NCBI GenBank assembly: GCA_963775425.1
Contig: CAVZJB010000016.1
Location: 832,001-896,000, forward strand
Source of the DNA: an uncultured delta proteobacterium
Lineage (GTDB): Bacteria; Myxococcota; UBA727; VGSZ01
Direction: 5' to 3'
Length of the DNA: 64,000 nt
Position numbers and translations under genes: made by a program. Below the pieces are notes generated by a model. That model was not told the origin of the DNA and did not search any database. It was given only the letters and a program-made list of their open reading frames with translations. Positions 30,999 through 42,668 of the stretch are shown here, piece after piece. The first letter of the stretch is position 1. Every line of letters starts with the position of its first letter.

Positions 30999-33134
30999 TC
31001 ACACCTCGCCTCGTGGACCGGCCCCCGCGGAACCCGCGGCGGCTCGCGCGCGCCGGCGCGCCTCGAGGCGGGCGATGGCGGGCGCGAGGATCTCGCCGAT
31101 GAGCGCCTCGTATCGCATGCCCGCACCCTCGGCGATGAGGCAGAGATCCGACCAGCCCGGCGTCAGCCCGGGCAGCGGGTTCACCTCGATGACGCGCAGC
31201 GCGCCGGCGGCGTCACAGCGCAGATCGATGCGGGCGACGTCGCGGCAGCCGAGCGCGCGCCACGTGCCGCGCGCCACCCGCTCGATCTCGGCGGCGAGCG
31301 CGGCGTCGACGGTGGCCGGGCGGTCGTAGCGGATCCTGGTCGACCAATCGAGCTTGTCGTCGAAGGCATAGACCGGGCGCGGCGCGCCGCCCGCGAGGAA
31401 CACGATCTCCATCGGCGGCAGCACGCGCGGCGCCTCCGGCGGGCCGAGCAGCCCCACCGTGAATTCGCGACCGGGGAGGTACTCCTCCGCGATGACCTCC
31501 TGGCGGTAGCGCGACAGGAGCGTGCGCGCCGCCGCGCGCAGGGCGGGCTCGTCCTCGACGACGCTCTGCGCGAGGATGCCCTTGGACGAGCCCTCGGCGT
31601 TGGGCTTCACGATCACCGGGAACGCGATGCCCGCGGGGAGCGGCTCGTCGCCGGTGAGCATGCGCACCCCGCGCGGCACCGGGACGCCGGCGGCGCCGAT
31701 CACCGCCTTGCAGAGGTCCTTGTCGAGGGCCAGCGACATGGTGGCGGCGTCCGAGCCCGTGAAGGGGATGTCGAGCATCTCGAGGAGCGCAGGGACGTGC
31801 GCCTCGCGGCTGCGCCCGCGCAAACCTTCGGCCAGGTTGAAGACGACGTCGACGCCGGCGTCCGGGAGCGTCCGCACGATGTCGGCGCCGGCCTCGAGGC
31901 GCACCACCTGGTGACCGTGCGACTCGATGGCGGCCTGCAGCGCGTCGATGGTGGTGACGGAGTCGTACTCGGCCTCGGCGTCGTCGTCGTCGGCGTGCTT
32001 GGGCACGATGCGCTTCAGGTTGTACGTGACGCCGACGCGCAGCCGCGTCGCCTCGCCCCGCCCCGCCCCGCGCGGCGCCGCGTGCTCCTGCCCCCGGGGC
32101 AACGAGGAGCGGGCGGCCGCGCTGTCGACGACGGCGCCGAGCACGTCCTCGACGCGGGTCAGCCCCGCGAGCGCCGCCGACAGGTAGATGCCCGCGCCGG
32201 GCTCGAGGCTCGGCAGCGCGTTCACCTCGAGGAAGTACAGGCGGCCGTCGTCGGTGAGGCGCCAGTCGATGCGGCCGAGGTCGCGCATGCCGAGCGCGCG
32301 AAACGCCGCGGCGGACAGCTCCGTGATGCGGGCGCCGGCGGCGTCGTCGACGGGCGCGGGGCACTCGACGCTGACGGCGTCGGGCGAGACGCACTTCAGC
32401 TCGTAGTCGTAGATGCTGTACTTGCGCGCGCCGGTGACGGCCTCGTCGAACTTGTACGAGACCGGCGCGAGCACGCCGCCCGTGGCCGGCGAGGCGCGCT
32501 CGAGGAACGGCACCACGATGTCGCGGCCGACGATGAACTCCTCGACGAGGAGCCCCGAGGGGTACCTGGCGAGCATGTCGCGCACGCGCACCTCGAGCGC
32601 CGCCGCGTCTTCGACGACGCTGTCGACGGTGACACCCTTGCTCGATCCCTCGTAGTTGGGCTTGACGATGACGGGGAACGTGAGCGCCGCGAGCGCAGCG
32701 CGGGTCGCGGCGTCGAGCGCCTGGCGAGGCGCGGCCGCTCCGCCGCCGCCGGCGTCGACGAAGACCCAGCGCGGCGTCGGCACCCCGTGGTGGGCGACGA
32801 GCATCTTGGTGAGCTGCTTGTCGAGCGTGAGCGCGCAGACGTAGGCGTCGCTGCCGGTGTACGGCAGGCCGAGCTCCTCGAAGAGGCCGGGGTAGAAGGC
32901 TTCGCGGAACCTGCCGTGCGTGCCCTCCGCGGTGTTGAAGACGAGATCGGGTTGAAGCGTCTCGAGGCGCCGCACGAGCTCGCCGGCGGAGACGCCGCTC
33001 ACGTTGACGCGATCGACGTCGTGACCGAGGGCGCGCAGCGCGTCCGCGATGGCGGCCACCGTCTCTTCGCGGTCGAACTCCGCCTCGGCTTCGTCGTGGG
33101 AGGTCTGCAGGTTGTGGGTGAAGGCGATACGCAT
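30999..33134 (-). CDS. Fused tandem D-Ala-D-Ala-ligase-like ATP-grasp protein
   Basis: Two complete units, each with AE(F/Y)D, VFN(T/L)AEG, P(Y/F)TGSD, VIVKPNxEGSSKG, EEF/Y, RID, EVN(A/P)LP(S/G)L. Confidence 0.9.
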   Translation of the reverse strand: MRIAFTHNLQTSHDEAEAEFDREETVAAIADALRALGHDVDRVNVSGVSAGELVRRLETLQPDLVFNTAEGTHGRFREAFYPGLFEELGLPYTGSDAYVCALTLDKQLTKMLVAHHGVPTPRWVFVDAGGGGAAAPRQALDAATRAALAALTFPVIVKPNYEGSSKGVTVDSVVEDAAALEVRVRDMLARYPSGLLVEEFIVGRDIVVPFLERASPATGGVLAPVSYKFDEAVTGARKYSIYDYELKCVSPDAVSVECPAPVDDAAGARITELSAAAFRALGMRDLGRIDWRLTDDGRLYFLEVNALPSLEPGAGIYLSAALAGLTRVEDVLGAVVDSAAARSSLPRGQEHAAPRGAGRGEATRLRVGVTYNLKRIVPKHADDDDAEAEYDSVTTIDALQAAIESHGHQVVRLEAGADIVRTLPDAGVDVVFNLAEGLRGRSREAHVPALLEMLDIPFTGSDAATMSLALDKDLCKAVIGAAGVPVPRGVRMLTGDEPLPAGIAFPVIVKPNAEGSSKGILAQSVVEDEPALRAAARTLLSRYRQEVIAEEYLPGREFTVGLLGPPEAPRVLPPMEIVFLAGGAPRPVYAFDDKLDWSTRIRYDRPATVDAALAAEIERVARGTWRALGCRDVARIDLRCDAAGALRVIEVNPLPGLTPGWSDLCLIAEGAGMRYEALIGEILAPAIARLEARRRARAAAGSAGAGPRGEV

Positions 33135-33164
33135 TCGCCTCACGAATGCTAACTCCCGACGCCG

Positions 33165-34391
33165 ATGGCAAGACAGCACGGCGGCGCCCGGGGAAGATCA
33201 CGCGCGAGGCCACGGCAGGCGGCGGCGCCCGAGCGCGCCGACGTCTACCTCGGCGCGCCCGCGGTCGCCGACCTGCTCGCCGCCGAGCTCGCCGCCCTCG
33301 GGAAGAAGGGCGGCGTCGAGGTCGCCGCCGGCGCCGTCGCCGTCGCCGCCGGCGCGCTCGTCGACCCGTGCTTCGCGCGCACCGTGCTCCCCTCGGCCAC
33401 GCTCGTGTCCGCCCCGAACGCCAACGCCCTGGCCGCGGCCGCCCTCGACGCCGCCGCTCTCGATGCCGGGGCCCTCGATGCCGGGGCCCTCGACGCCGGG
33501 GCCCTCGACGCCGGGGCCCTCGGCGCCGGCGCCCTCGACGCCGGCGCCCTCGACGCCGCCACCCGCGACCCCGCAGCCCCCGTGCGCGGCGGCGAGGGCG
33601 CGCGGCCGCTCCCCGAGGACGCCGTCGTCGTGCTCCCCGACGTCGCGCGCCGCGGCAGCCGCGCGCTCGAGGAGCACCCGCTCACCGCGGCCCGGATCGA
33701 GCTGCAAGACGTCGTCGACAAGAAGCTCCTCGGCCGGCGCGACAAGCACGGCGCGCCCACCGCCCCCGGGCGCGCGCTCGACGTCCTCCTCGTCGACGCG
33801 TGGCGCGCGTGGGTCAGCGTCCACACGCGCGCCCCGGGGCCCGCGCTGCTCGCGTGGCCCGCGCGCTTCCCCGCGGGCCGCGCGCTCGCCGAGGATCCGC
33901 GCGACGCGCCGTCGTCGGCGCACAGGAAGCTCGACGAGGCGCTCGCCTGGCTCGAGATCGCCCCCGGCGAAGACGACGTCGTCTTGGACCTCGGCGCCGC
34001 GCCTGGCGGCTGGACCTGGACGTGCCTGCAGCGCGGCGCCCGCGTCGTCGCCGTCGACCGCGCCGACCTCGACCCGCAGATCGAGGCGCACCCGCGCGTG
34101 ACCCACGTGCGCGCCGACGCCTTCCGCTACACGCCCGAGCGCCGGCCCACCTGGCTCGTCTGCGACGTCATCGCCGAGCCGCAAAAGAACCTCGCGCTCG
34201 CCCAGGCGGCGCTGTCGTCGTCGGCGCTGCGCGCGCTCGTCGTCACCCTCAAGCTCAAGCGCCCCCTGGGCCTCGACGTCCTCGCGCAGGCCCGCGCCGT
34301 CGCCCGCCGCACCCCGGGGTTCTTCGGCCGCGTGAAGTGCCTGAGCGCCAACAAGCTCGAGGTCACCTTGATGATGAAGCGCGGCGCCTGA
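33165..34391 (+). CDS. rlmM: RlmM-like (FtsJ-type) rRNA 2'-O-methyltransferase
   Basis: APSSAHRKLDEA, LDLGAAPGGWT, VAVD, WLVCD, VTLKL. Confidence 0.8.
   Translation: MARQHGGARGRSRARPRQAAAPERADVYLGAPAVADLLAAELAALGKKGGVEVAAGAVAVAAGALVDPCFARTVLPSATLVSAPNANALAAAALDAAALDAGALDAGALDAGALDAGALGAGALDAGALDAATRDPAAPVRGGEGARPLPEDAVVVLPDVARRGSRALEEHPLTAARIELQDVVDKKLLGRRDKHGAPTAPGRALDVLLVDAWRAWVSVHTRAPGPALLAWPARFPAGRALAEDPRDAPSSAHRKLDEALAWLEIAPGEDDVVLDLGAAPGGWTWTCLQRGARVVAVDRADLDPQIEAHPRVTHVRADAFRYTPERRPTWLVCDVIAEPQKNLALAQAALSSSALRALVVTLKLKRPLGLDVLAQARAVARRTPGFFGRVKCLSANKLEVTLMMKRGA
33441..33560 (+). repeat. In-frame 15-bp tandem repeat, 8 copies (ALDAG)
   Basis: GCCCTCGA(C/T)GCCGG(G/C) repeated. Confidence 0.92.
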
Positions 34392-34401
34392 GGTCCCTTC
34401 G

Positions 34402-35739
34402 CTACGGGAGCCGGCGGCGGCGCACAGCGATGAGCCCCAAGAGCGCGAACGCGAGCGCCGTGCCGTCGACGCCCGCGCACGCGCAGGTGCCCGGCGGCGG
34501 AGGGCCCTCGCCCTCGCCTTCGCCGCCCACGTCGCCTTCGCCCTCGCCCTCGCCTTCGCCGCCGCCGCAGACGGCGTTGTCGCTGCAGTCGGGGTCATCG
34601 CAGTCGGTGAGGCCGTCGGCGTCGTTGTCCTCGTTGTCGTTGCAGGCGCTCTCGAGGAAGCGCGCGCACGCGGTGGCGCCGATGGTGCCGGTGGGGCACT
34701 TGCGGTAGCGGATGTCGTCCCAGCCCACCGTCGCCGTCCAGGTGGTGCCGTCCGTGCTTTCGGAGAACACGCCCGCCGACGTCAGCAGGTTCCTCCTGCC
34801 GCAGCCGACGAGCCCGGTGCCGTCGCGCCGGGAGAACAGGCAGTTGGTGGGCGTGTCGTCGGAGGTGGCGTCGACGAACGCGGCGTCGCCCGGGCCCATC
34901 TTGAAGTACGCGCCGCGCAACTGGGCGAGGGCGTAGCGCGTGTCGCCGAGGACGGCGACGTGCGTGACCGACGACGGCAGCGTGCCGAGAGCGACGGGGT
35001 TGTCGTACGGCGGCGCCGCCTGCAGCACGAAGCCGCCGCCGGACTGATCGAAGCCGCCGAAGAGCACGGCCTGGTCGTCGATGTCGAAGGTGGCGGCGAT
35101 GACCAGCGGGAAGTCCGCGTACGCCGCCGAGCAATCCTGCCAGGTGACGCCGCTGTCCTCGGAGGTGAACACCGCGGGCGCGGTGCTGGCGCCCACGTGG
35201 GTGCCCGAGATGACCATCCGCGTGCCGTCGACGCTGGCGGCGATGCGGGCGAAGGAGACGCCGTCCTGCTCGTCGAGGGCCGGCGACCACTGCTCGCCGC
35301 CGTCGATGCTGATCCACACGCCGTTGGCGCGCGAGAAGTCGGACGTGACGAGGAAGAGCGCGTCGTCCGACAGCGCCACCGCACCGATGCCGCGCGCCTC
35401 GAGCGGGCCCGACACCGCCTGGTACGAGCAGCCGAGATCCGACGACTCGAACAGGCCCGCGTGGCCCCCGATGAGCACCACGCCGTCGCTGCGCAACAGC
35501 GAGAAGGACGGCGGAAAGCCGGCGGGGTCGAAGGCCTCCTCGCACGCGCGCGCGTAGCCGCCACCGTCGGGCAGGAGCACGCCCGACGTCATGCCGCCGC
35601 CGACGAGCAGCCCGCTCTCGTTGATGTAGGGGACGAGCCCGCCCTCCTGCTCGCCCTCCGCCAGCGCGGGCAGCGCCGCCAGAGCCAGCGAGGCGAGCAG
35701 CGCGTATGCCCGGGGACCGGCCAGGAGAGCTCGGGTCAT
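34402..35739 (-). CDS. Secreted BNR/Asp-box beta-propeller protein with MYXO-CTERM-like sorting tail
   Basis: Signal peptide, SSDLGCSY/SIDGGEQW/SEDSGVTW/STDGTTW Asp-boxes, DNDADGLTDCDDPDC, GE linker, GTCAC...LLGLIAVRRRR. Confidence 0.8.
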   Translation of the reverse strand: MTRALLAGPRAYALLASLALAALPALAEGEQEGGLVPYINESGLLVGGGMTSGVLLPDGGGYARACEEAFDPAGFPPSFSLLRSDGVVLIGGHAGLFESSDLGCSYQAVSGPLEARGIGAVALSDDALFLVTSDFSRANGVWISIDGGEQWSPALDEQDGVSFARIAASVDGTRMVISGTHVGASTAPAVFTSEDSGVTWQDCSAAYADFPLVIAATFDIDDQAVLFGGFDQSGGGFVLQAAPPYDNPVALGTLPSSVTHVAVLGDTRYALAQLRGAYFKMGPGDAAFVDATSDDTPTNCLFSRRDGTGLVGCGRRNLLTSAGVFSESTDGTTWTATVGWDDIRYRKCPTGTIGATACARFLESACNDNEDNDADGLTDCDDPDCSDNAVCGGGEGEGEGEGDVGGEGEGEGPPPPGTCACAGVDGTALAFALLGLIAVRRRRLP

Positions 35740-35786
35740 CGCCGGGAGCCTAACGCATGGGTCGCGCGACGCCATACGCTACCGGG

Positions 35787-36443
35787 ATGAGCGGAATGCC
35801 CCTGTGGTGGATGGCCGTCGCCATGGTCGTGCCGCTGTGCGGCCTGCTCCTCGCCGAGCTGCGAGGGGTGCGCGCCTGGGCCGTCGTGTGCAAGCCGGTG
35901 GCGTCTTTGGCCTTCGTGACGGCGGGGGTGCTCTTCCTCCCGCTGTCGTCGCGGGCGGCGGTGATGCTGCTCGTGGGCCTCGTGCTCTCGTTCGTCGGCG
36001 ACCTGCTGCTCATCCCCAAGGGCAGAAAGCTCACGTTCCTCCTCGGGCTCGGGAGCTTCCTCTGCGCGCACCTGGCCTACTCGCTCGCGTTCGTGCTGCG
36101 CGGGGTGAGCGCGCGCGGCGTGCTTTACGGCGCCGTCGCGCTCGTCGCCGCGGGCGTGCCGCTCGCGCGCTGGCTCTTTCCCCACGTCGACGGCGCCATG
36201 AAGCCCGCGGTGGCCGGCTACGTCGTCGCCATCACCGCCATGGTCGCCCTCGCGGCGGGCGCGGTCTATCCCACGGGCGCGCCGCTCACGCTGCTCGCCG
36301 GCGCCGCGCTCTTCTACGCGAGCGACCTCACCGTCGCCCGCGAGCGCTTCGTCCAGCGCTCGATGTGGAACGGCATCGTCGGCCTGCCGCTGTATTACGT
36401 GGCGCAGCTCCTGCTCGTCGACGGCCTCAGCCGCGCAGCATGA
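35787..36443 (+). CDS. YhhN-family lysoplasmalogenase-like membrane protein
   Basis: CKPVAS, SFVGDLLL, SFLCAHLAY, LFYASD, PLYYVAQ. Confidence 0.9.
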   Translation: MSGMPLWWMAVAMVVPLCGLLLAELRGVRAWAVVCKPVASLAFVTAGVLFLPLSSRAAVMLLVGLVLSFVGDLLLIPKGRKLTFLLGLGSFLCAHLAYSLAFVLRGVSARGVLYGAVALVAAGVPLARWLFPHVDGAMKPAVAGYVVAITAMVALAAGAVYPTGAPLTLLAGAALFYASDLTVARERFVQRSMWNGIVGLPLYYVAQLLLVDGLSRAA

Positions 36444-36993
36444 AGAAGATGACGACGCCGGTGACGCTCACGTACAGCCAGATGGGGAACGCCACCCGCG
36501 CGACCTTCTTGTGCAGCCGGAACTTCTTCTTCGCCGCGAAGTAGACGACGACGGCGGCGAACAGGGGCACCAGCGTGGCGAGGATGGTGTGGGTGATGAG
36601 GATGCCGAGGTACAGCGGGCGGTACGCCCCCTGGTACGTGATGTGGCGCCCATCGAGGATGGCGAACGAGAGATAGCCGACGAGGAACAGCGACGAGGAC
36701 GTGAGCGCGGTGATCATCAGGTAGCGGTGGAGCACGCGCCGCCCGGTGCGCACCGCGATGAACCCCGCGAGGAGGAACGCGCCGGCGGCGCCGTTGAAGA
36801 ACGCGTCGTAGGGCCGGACGAACGACAAATCGACGTGGTCGCCGAGGGACGGCGCGCGGAAATAGACGAGGTAGAGCACGAACGCGGCGACGAGCGCCGC
36901 GGCGGCGACGGCGAAGGCGACGAAGCGGCGATCGGACGCGGCCGCTCCCTCCGGTCGACGAGCGGAGACCTCGGCGGCGCTCACGGCGCGCAC
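36427..36993 (-). CDS. DUF420 membrane protein
   Basis: HRYLM, LFLVGYL, ILITHTILA, HKKVARVAFPIWLYVSVTG. Confidence 0.9.
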   Translation of the reverse strand: MRAVSAAEVSARRPEGAAASDRRFVAFAVAAAALVAAFVLYLVYFRAPSLGDHVDLSFVRPYDAFFNGAAGAFLLAGFIAVRTGRRVLHRYLMITALTSSSLFLVGYLSFAILDGRHITYQGAYRPLYLGILITHTILATLVPLFAAVVVYFAAKKKFRLHKKVARVAFPIWLYVSVTGVVIFFMLRG

Positions 36994-37376
36994 ACGTCGT
37001 TTTTGTGGCGGACGCGGCCGAGGGCGTCGCGCTCCCAGGCGTCACCGGCGAAGGCGCCGCGCCGGGCGACGACCTCGACGCGGTAGCCGGCGGGATCCGG
37101 GCTCACGCGGTAGGCGAAGCGCTGCTGTGCCAGGGGCGTGTCCATGGCGCGCAGGGCGGCTGTCATGCCGAAGCCGGCGTGGTCACGCTCCTCGCCGCAG
37201 CGGGCGCGCGCGGTGGCGTCGTGCGCGGCCAGGCCGAGGGCGCACAGCGCGGCGACGGCCACGGCGGCGACGCTGCCCGCCAGCGCCCGCAGCGCCCCCT
37301 CGACGACGGCGCTCCGCGCCACCTTGCGCTGGAGCCCCTCGACGAAGTGCAGCCCGATGCCGGCCGACGTCTGCAT
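36981..37376 (-). CDS. Hypothetical membrane-anchored protein
   Basis: One TM helix and Cys-flanked periplasmic domain; same strand as neighbours. Confidence 0.55.
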   Translation of the reverse strand: MQTSAGIGLHFVEGLQRKVARSAVVEGALRALAGSVAAVAVAALCALGLAAHDATARARCGEERDHAGFGMTAALRAMDTPLAQQRFAYRVSPDPAGYRVEVVARRGAFAGDAWERDALGRVRHKNDVCAP

Positions 37377-37414
37377 CCCGCGATCGTAGCGGCTCGTTCG
37401 GCCCGCGCCAGGGG

Positions 37415-37861
37415 TTACAGGAACCGCGACCGCATTTCCGGCGTCGGGACCATGCACGCGTCGCGCCGGCCGAAGACGCGGTAGCGGACGCGGGCGAAGA
37501 GGTTGTAGCCGAGGTCCCGCACGGGCCCCGGCACGATCCACAAAGGCGGCGCGAGCAAGCGATACAGGCCCTTGAGGCGCCACAGCACGCGCACCGCCGC
37601 CGCCGAGCGGACGAAGGCCTTGCCGTCCACGAGGAGGACCACGGTGTCGACGTCGAGCGAGAGCCCGTGCGCCGTCAACAGCGCGCGGCCGACGTCGGAC
37701 TGGAGCGAGGCGAACTTCATCTCGGGGGCGCGCTCGTGCTTGAGGACGATCTGCACCACGGCGTTACACACGTTGCACACGCCGTCGAAGAGCAACACCG
37801 GCCCCGCCGGCGCCTCGACGAGCGCGCGCGGCTCGGCCTCGGAGGCGCTGCGGGCGACCAC
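37415..37861 (-). CDS. DCC-family (DUF393) thiol-disulfide oxidoreductase
   Basis: LFDGVCNVCN, FASLQS, RSAA, RDLGYNLFARVRYRVFG. Confidence 0.92.
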   Translation of the reverse strand: MVARSASEAEPRALVEAPAGPVLLFDGVCNVCNAVVQIVLKHERAPEMKFASLQSDVGRALLTAHGLSLDVDTVVLLVDGKAFVRSAAAVRVLWRLKGLYRLLAPPLWIVPGPVRDLGYNLFARVRYRVFGRRDACMVPTPEMRSRFL

Positions 37862-37862
37862 G

Positions 37863-40117
<2,255 letters not shown>

Positions 40118-40292
40118 CTCCCTGGCTCGACGACGACGGTGCCTGGCTGCGGAGGTGCACTGAACAGCCGTCCCCCGGGGCGACCAGCCCCGCGATCATT
40201 CGACGACCGACGAGCTGGTGACGACGACGGCGCCAAGAAGAGGACGCCCGTGAGCCGGCGCCGCGCTACCATGACCCGCTTTGAGGTCCCCC

Positions 40293-41909
40293 ATGCGCTC
40301 TTGCACGATTGCCCTGCCGCTCCTCCTGTGCACGCTGCTCCTCGGCGCGCTCTCCCTCGGCTGCCCGCCCAGCCCCGCGAGCGAGGGCGAAGGAGAAGGC
40401 GACGCCGGCGAAGGCGAGGGCGAGGGCGAAGGGGAAGGGGAAGGTGAGCCCGGCGAAGGTGAAGGCGAAGGTGAAGGAGAGGGTGAAGGAGAGGGAGAGG
40501 GCGAAGGAGAGGGAGAGGGCGAAGGAGAAGGAGAGGGCGAAGGAGAAGGAGAGCCCCCCTGCGTCGCCGACGGCGACTGCCACAACGGCCTGCGCTGCGA
40601 CGTCCCAAGCGGGGCCTGCGTCGTCTGCCTCGGCGACGCCGACTGCGATCAGCAGGCCGGCGAGAGCTGCGTCGACGGCGACTGCGTGCAGCAGTGCGCC
40701 CGCAGCGCCGACTGCGTCGCCGACCCCGCCCGCGCCGTCTGCGACACCACGCGCGGCCAGTGCGTGGGCTGCGTGACGTCCAACGACTGCGACTTCGGCT
40801 CCGTCTGCGTCGACGACGCCTGCGAGGCCGGCTGCACCGTCGACAACGACTGCGGCCCCGGCGCCGTCTGCGAAGGCGCCGCCGCCGGCGTCCTCGGCGA
40901 ATGCGTCGCCGCCTGCGCCGGCGACGCCGACTGCGCCCTCGGCACGCACTGCGACAACGGCACCACCTGCGTCCTCGGCTGCAACGGCGACGACACCCGC
41001 TGCGGACAAAACCAGGTCTGCGCCGGCGATCGCTGCGCCACGGCGTGCAGCGCCGCGCGCGACTGCCCCGCCGGCGAGCGCTGCGACGCCGCGGGCGGCG
41101 CCTGCATCGCCGGCTGCGCCACCAACGACGACTGCGCCGGCGCCATCTTCTCGACCACCCCGGTGTGCGACACCGGCACGGGCCAGTGCGTGGGCTGCCT
41201 CGCCGACGCCGACTGCACCGCCATCAACTCGAACCTCCAGTGCGACGAGCCCGCGCAGCAGTGCCGCAGGACTTGCGACCCTGCGCAGAACAACGGCACG
41301 TGCTTCGCCCAGTTCGGCGCCGGTACCTGCGACACCGACGGCCTCTGCGTCGAGTGCACCGTCGACGACGACTGCCGCGCCGGCGAGACCTGCACCAACC
41401 GGACGTGCACCGTGCCGCCGGCGGCGTCGCCGCTGTGTCAGGTGTGCAACAACAATCTCGACTGCGGCGGCAGCGGCAGCACGAACCAGTGCATCCGACA
41501 CCCCGAGAGCCCGAACGGCGCCAGCGAGACCGTCTGCGCCCAGGACTGCTCCGACGGCAGCGCCTGCCCGAGCGGCTTCTCCTGCGAGCTGGTCAGCGAC
41601 GTCGACGTGCGCGGCGGCGTCGTCACGGGCCAACAGTGCGTGCCGAGCAACAGCGCCGTCGCCTTCCCCACCTGCGACGCGCTCCGGGACACCCTCGACG
41701 CCGCGGCCTGCCTGGCCAACTTCGGCGCCGCCTGCGGCTTCGACGCGCCCGGGGCCGGCGACGGCGTCTGCCTGCCGCCCGACGCCAACAGCAACAGCGG
41801 GGTGTGTACCCTGCCCTGCGGGGCAGCCACCGACTGCCCCGACGGCTTCACGTGTGAATCCGTCGCGTTCCCGGATTTCCCGGTGGACGCCGCCTGCGTT
41901 CCTCTGTGA
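40293..41909 (+). CDS. Cys-rich repeat lipoprotein with poly-GE linker
   Basis: SLGC lipobox, (GE)n, many CxxDxDC repeats. Confidence 0.88.
   Translation: MRSCTIALPLLLCTLLLGALSLGCPPSPASEGEGEGDAGEGEGEGEGEGEGEPGEGEGEGEGEGEGEGEGEGEGEGEGEGEGEGEGEPPCVADGDCHNGLRCDVPSGACVVCLGDADCDQQAGESCVDGDCVQQCARSADCVADPARAVCDTTRGQCVGCVTSNDCDFGSVCVDDACEAGCTVDNDCGPGAVCEGAAAGVLGECVAACAGDADCALGTHCDNGTTCVLGCNGDDTRCGQNQVCAGDRCATACSAARDCPAGERCDAAGGACIAGCATNDDCAGAIFSTTPVCDTGTGQCVGCLADADCTAINSNLQCDEPAQQCRRTCDPAQNNGTCFAQFGAGTCDTDGLCVECTVDDDCRAGETCTNRTCTVPPAASPLCQVCNNNLDCGGSGSTNQCIRHPESPNGASETVCAQDCSDGSACPSGFSCELVSDVDVRGGVVTGQQCVPSNSAVAFPTCDALRDTLDAAACLANFGAACGFDAPGAGDGVCLPPDANSNSGVCTLPCGAATDCPDGFTCESVAFPDFPVDAACVPL
40383..40553 (+). 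repeat. In-frame 6-bp Gly-Glu repeat
   Basis: (GGNGAR)n. Confidence 0.9.
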
Positions 41910-41977
41910 AGTTCCTACCGTGAGAGGGTCACCGCGCCCCGTCGCAGACGCGGCCGCGGCAAGCACAGGAGACAGCG

Positions 41978-42589
41978 ATGTGGCGCTACGACGATGACGA
42001 CGACGATCACGACAACGACGGCAAGAAGAGCAAGAAGCCCGGTCGTATGGAGGACCGCCTCCTCGACGCGCGCACGCTGATCATCGCCGACGAGGTCAAC
42101 GACGCGCTCTATCGGCGGGTGGCCACCATGCTCACCCTCCTCGAGCGCAAGGATCGCAAGGCGCCCATCACGGCGTTCGTGAACTCGCCCGGCGGGTCCG
42201 CGGACTCGGGCTTCGCCATCTTCGACCTGTTCCGCTTCTCGCCCTGCCCCATCACCACCGTCGCCAACGGCGTGGTGGCGTCGGCGGCGGTGCTCATCTT
42301 CCTCGGCGCCCCCCAGGGCCGCCGGGTGAGCCTGCCCAACGCGCGCTTCCTCCTGCACCAGCCCTCGACGGCCACGCGCGGGCAGGCGAGCGACATCGAC
42401 ATCACCGCGCGCGAGATCTCCAAGCTGCGCCACCGCTACAACGAGGTCGTGAGCGAGGCCACCGGCAAGCCCATCGAGGTCGTCGAGAAGGACAGCGATC
42501 GCGACTTCTGGCTCACGGCGCAGGAGGCCGTGGACTACAAGCTCGCCAACCGCATCTTCACGTCGCGCGCGCAGCTCGAAGAGCTCTAG
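41978..42589 (+). CDS. clpP: ATP-dependent Clp protease proteolytic subunit (orphan paralog)
   Basis: VNSPGGS, GVVASAA (Ser), LLHQP (His), DRDFWLTAQEAVDY (Asp). Confidence 0.93.
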   Translation: MWRYDDDDDDHDNDGKKSKKPGRMEDRLLDARTLIIADEVNDALYRRVATMLTLLERKDRKAPITAFVNSPGGSADSGFAIFDLFRFSPCPITTVANGVVASAAVLIFLGAPQGRRVSLPNARFLLHQPSTATRGQASDIDITAREISKLRHRYNEVVSEATGKPIEVVEKDSDRDFWLTAQEAVDYKLANRIFTSRAQLEEL

Positions 42590-42668
42590 CGGACCGCTCG
42601 GAAGGCGCGAGCGCCCATCGGTGACTCGGGGCATTGCCCCGGGGCAGCGCCCTTGGGACCATCCGCGC

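Noticed and set aside
30999-33134. Calling the gene ddl or a vancomycin-resistance ligase
   Set aside because: Tandem fusion, atypical N-terminal motifs and no cell-wall or van context
40196-40585. Poly-Pro-Ser ORFs (also 24716..25645 and 52712..53839)
   Set aside because: Reverse-complement readings of the poly-GE tracts
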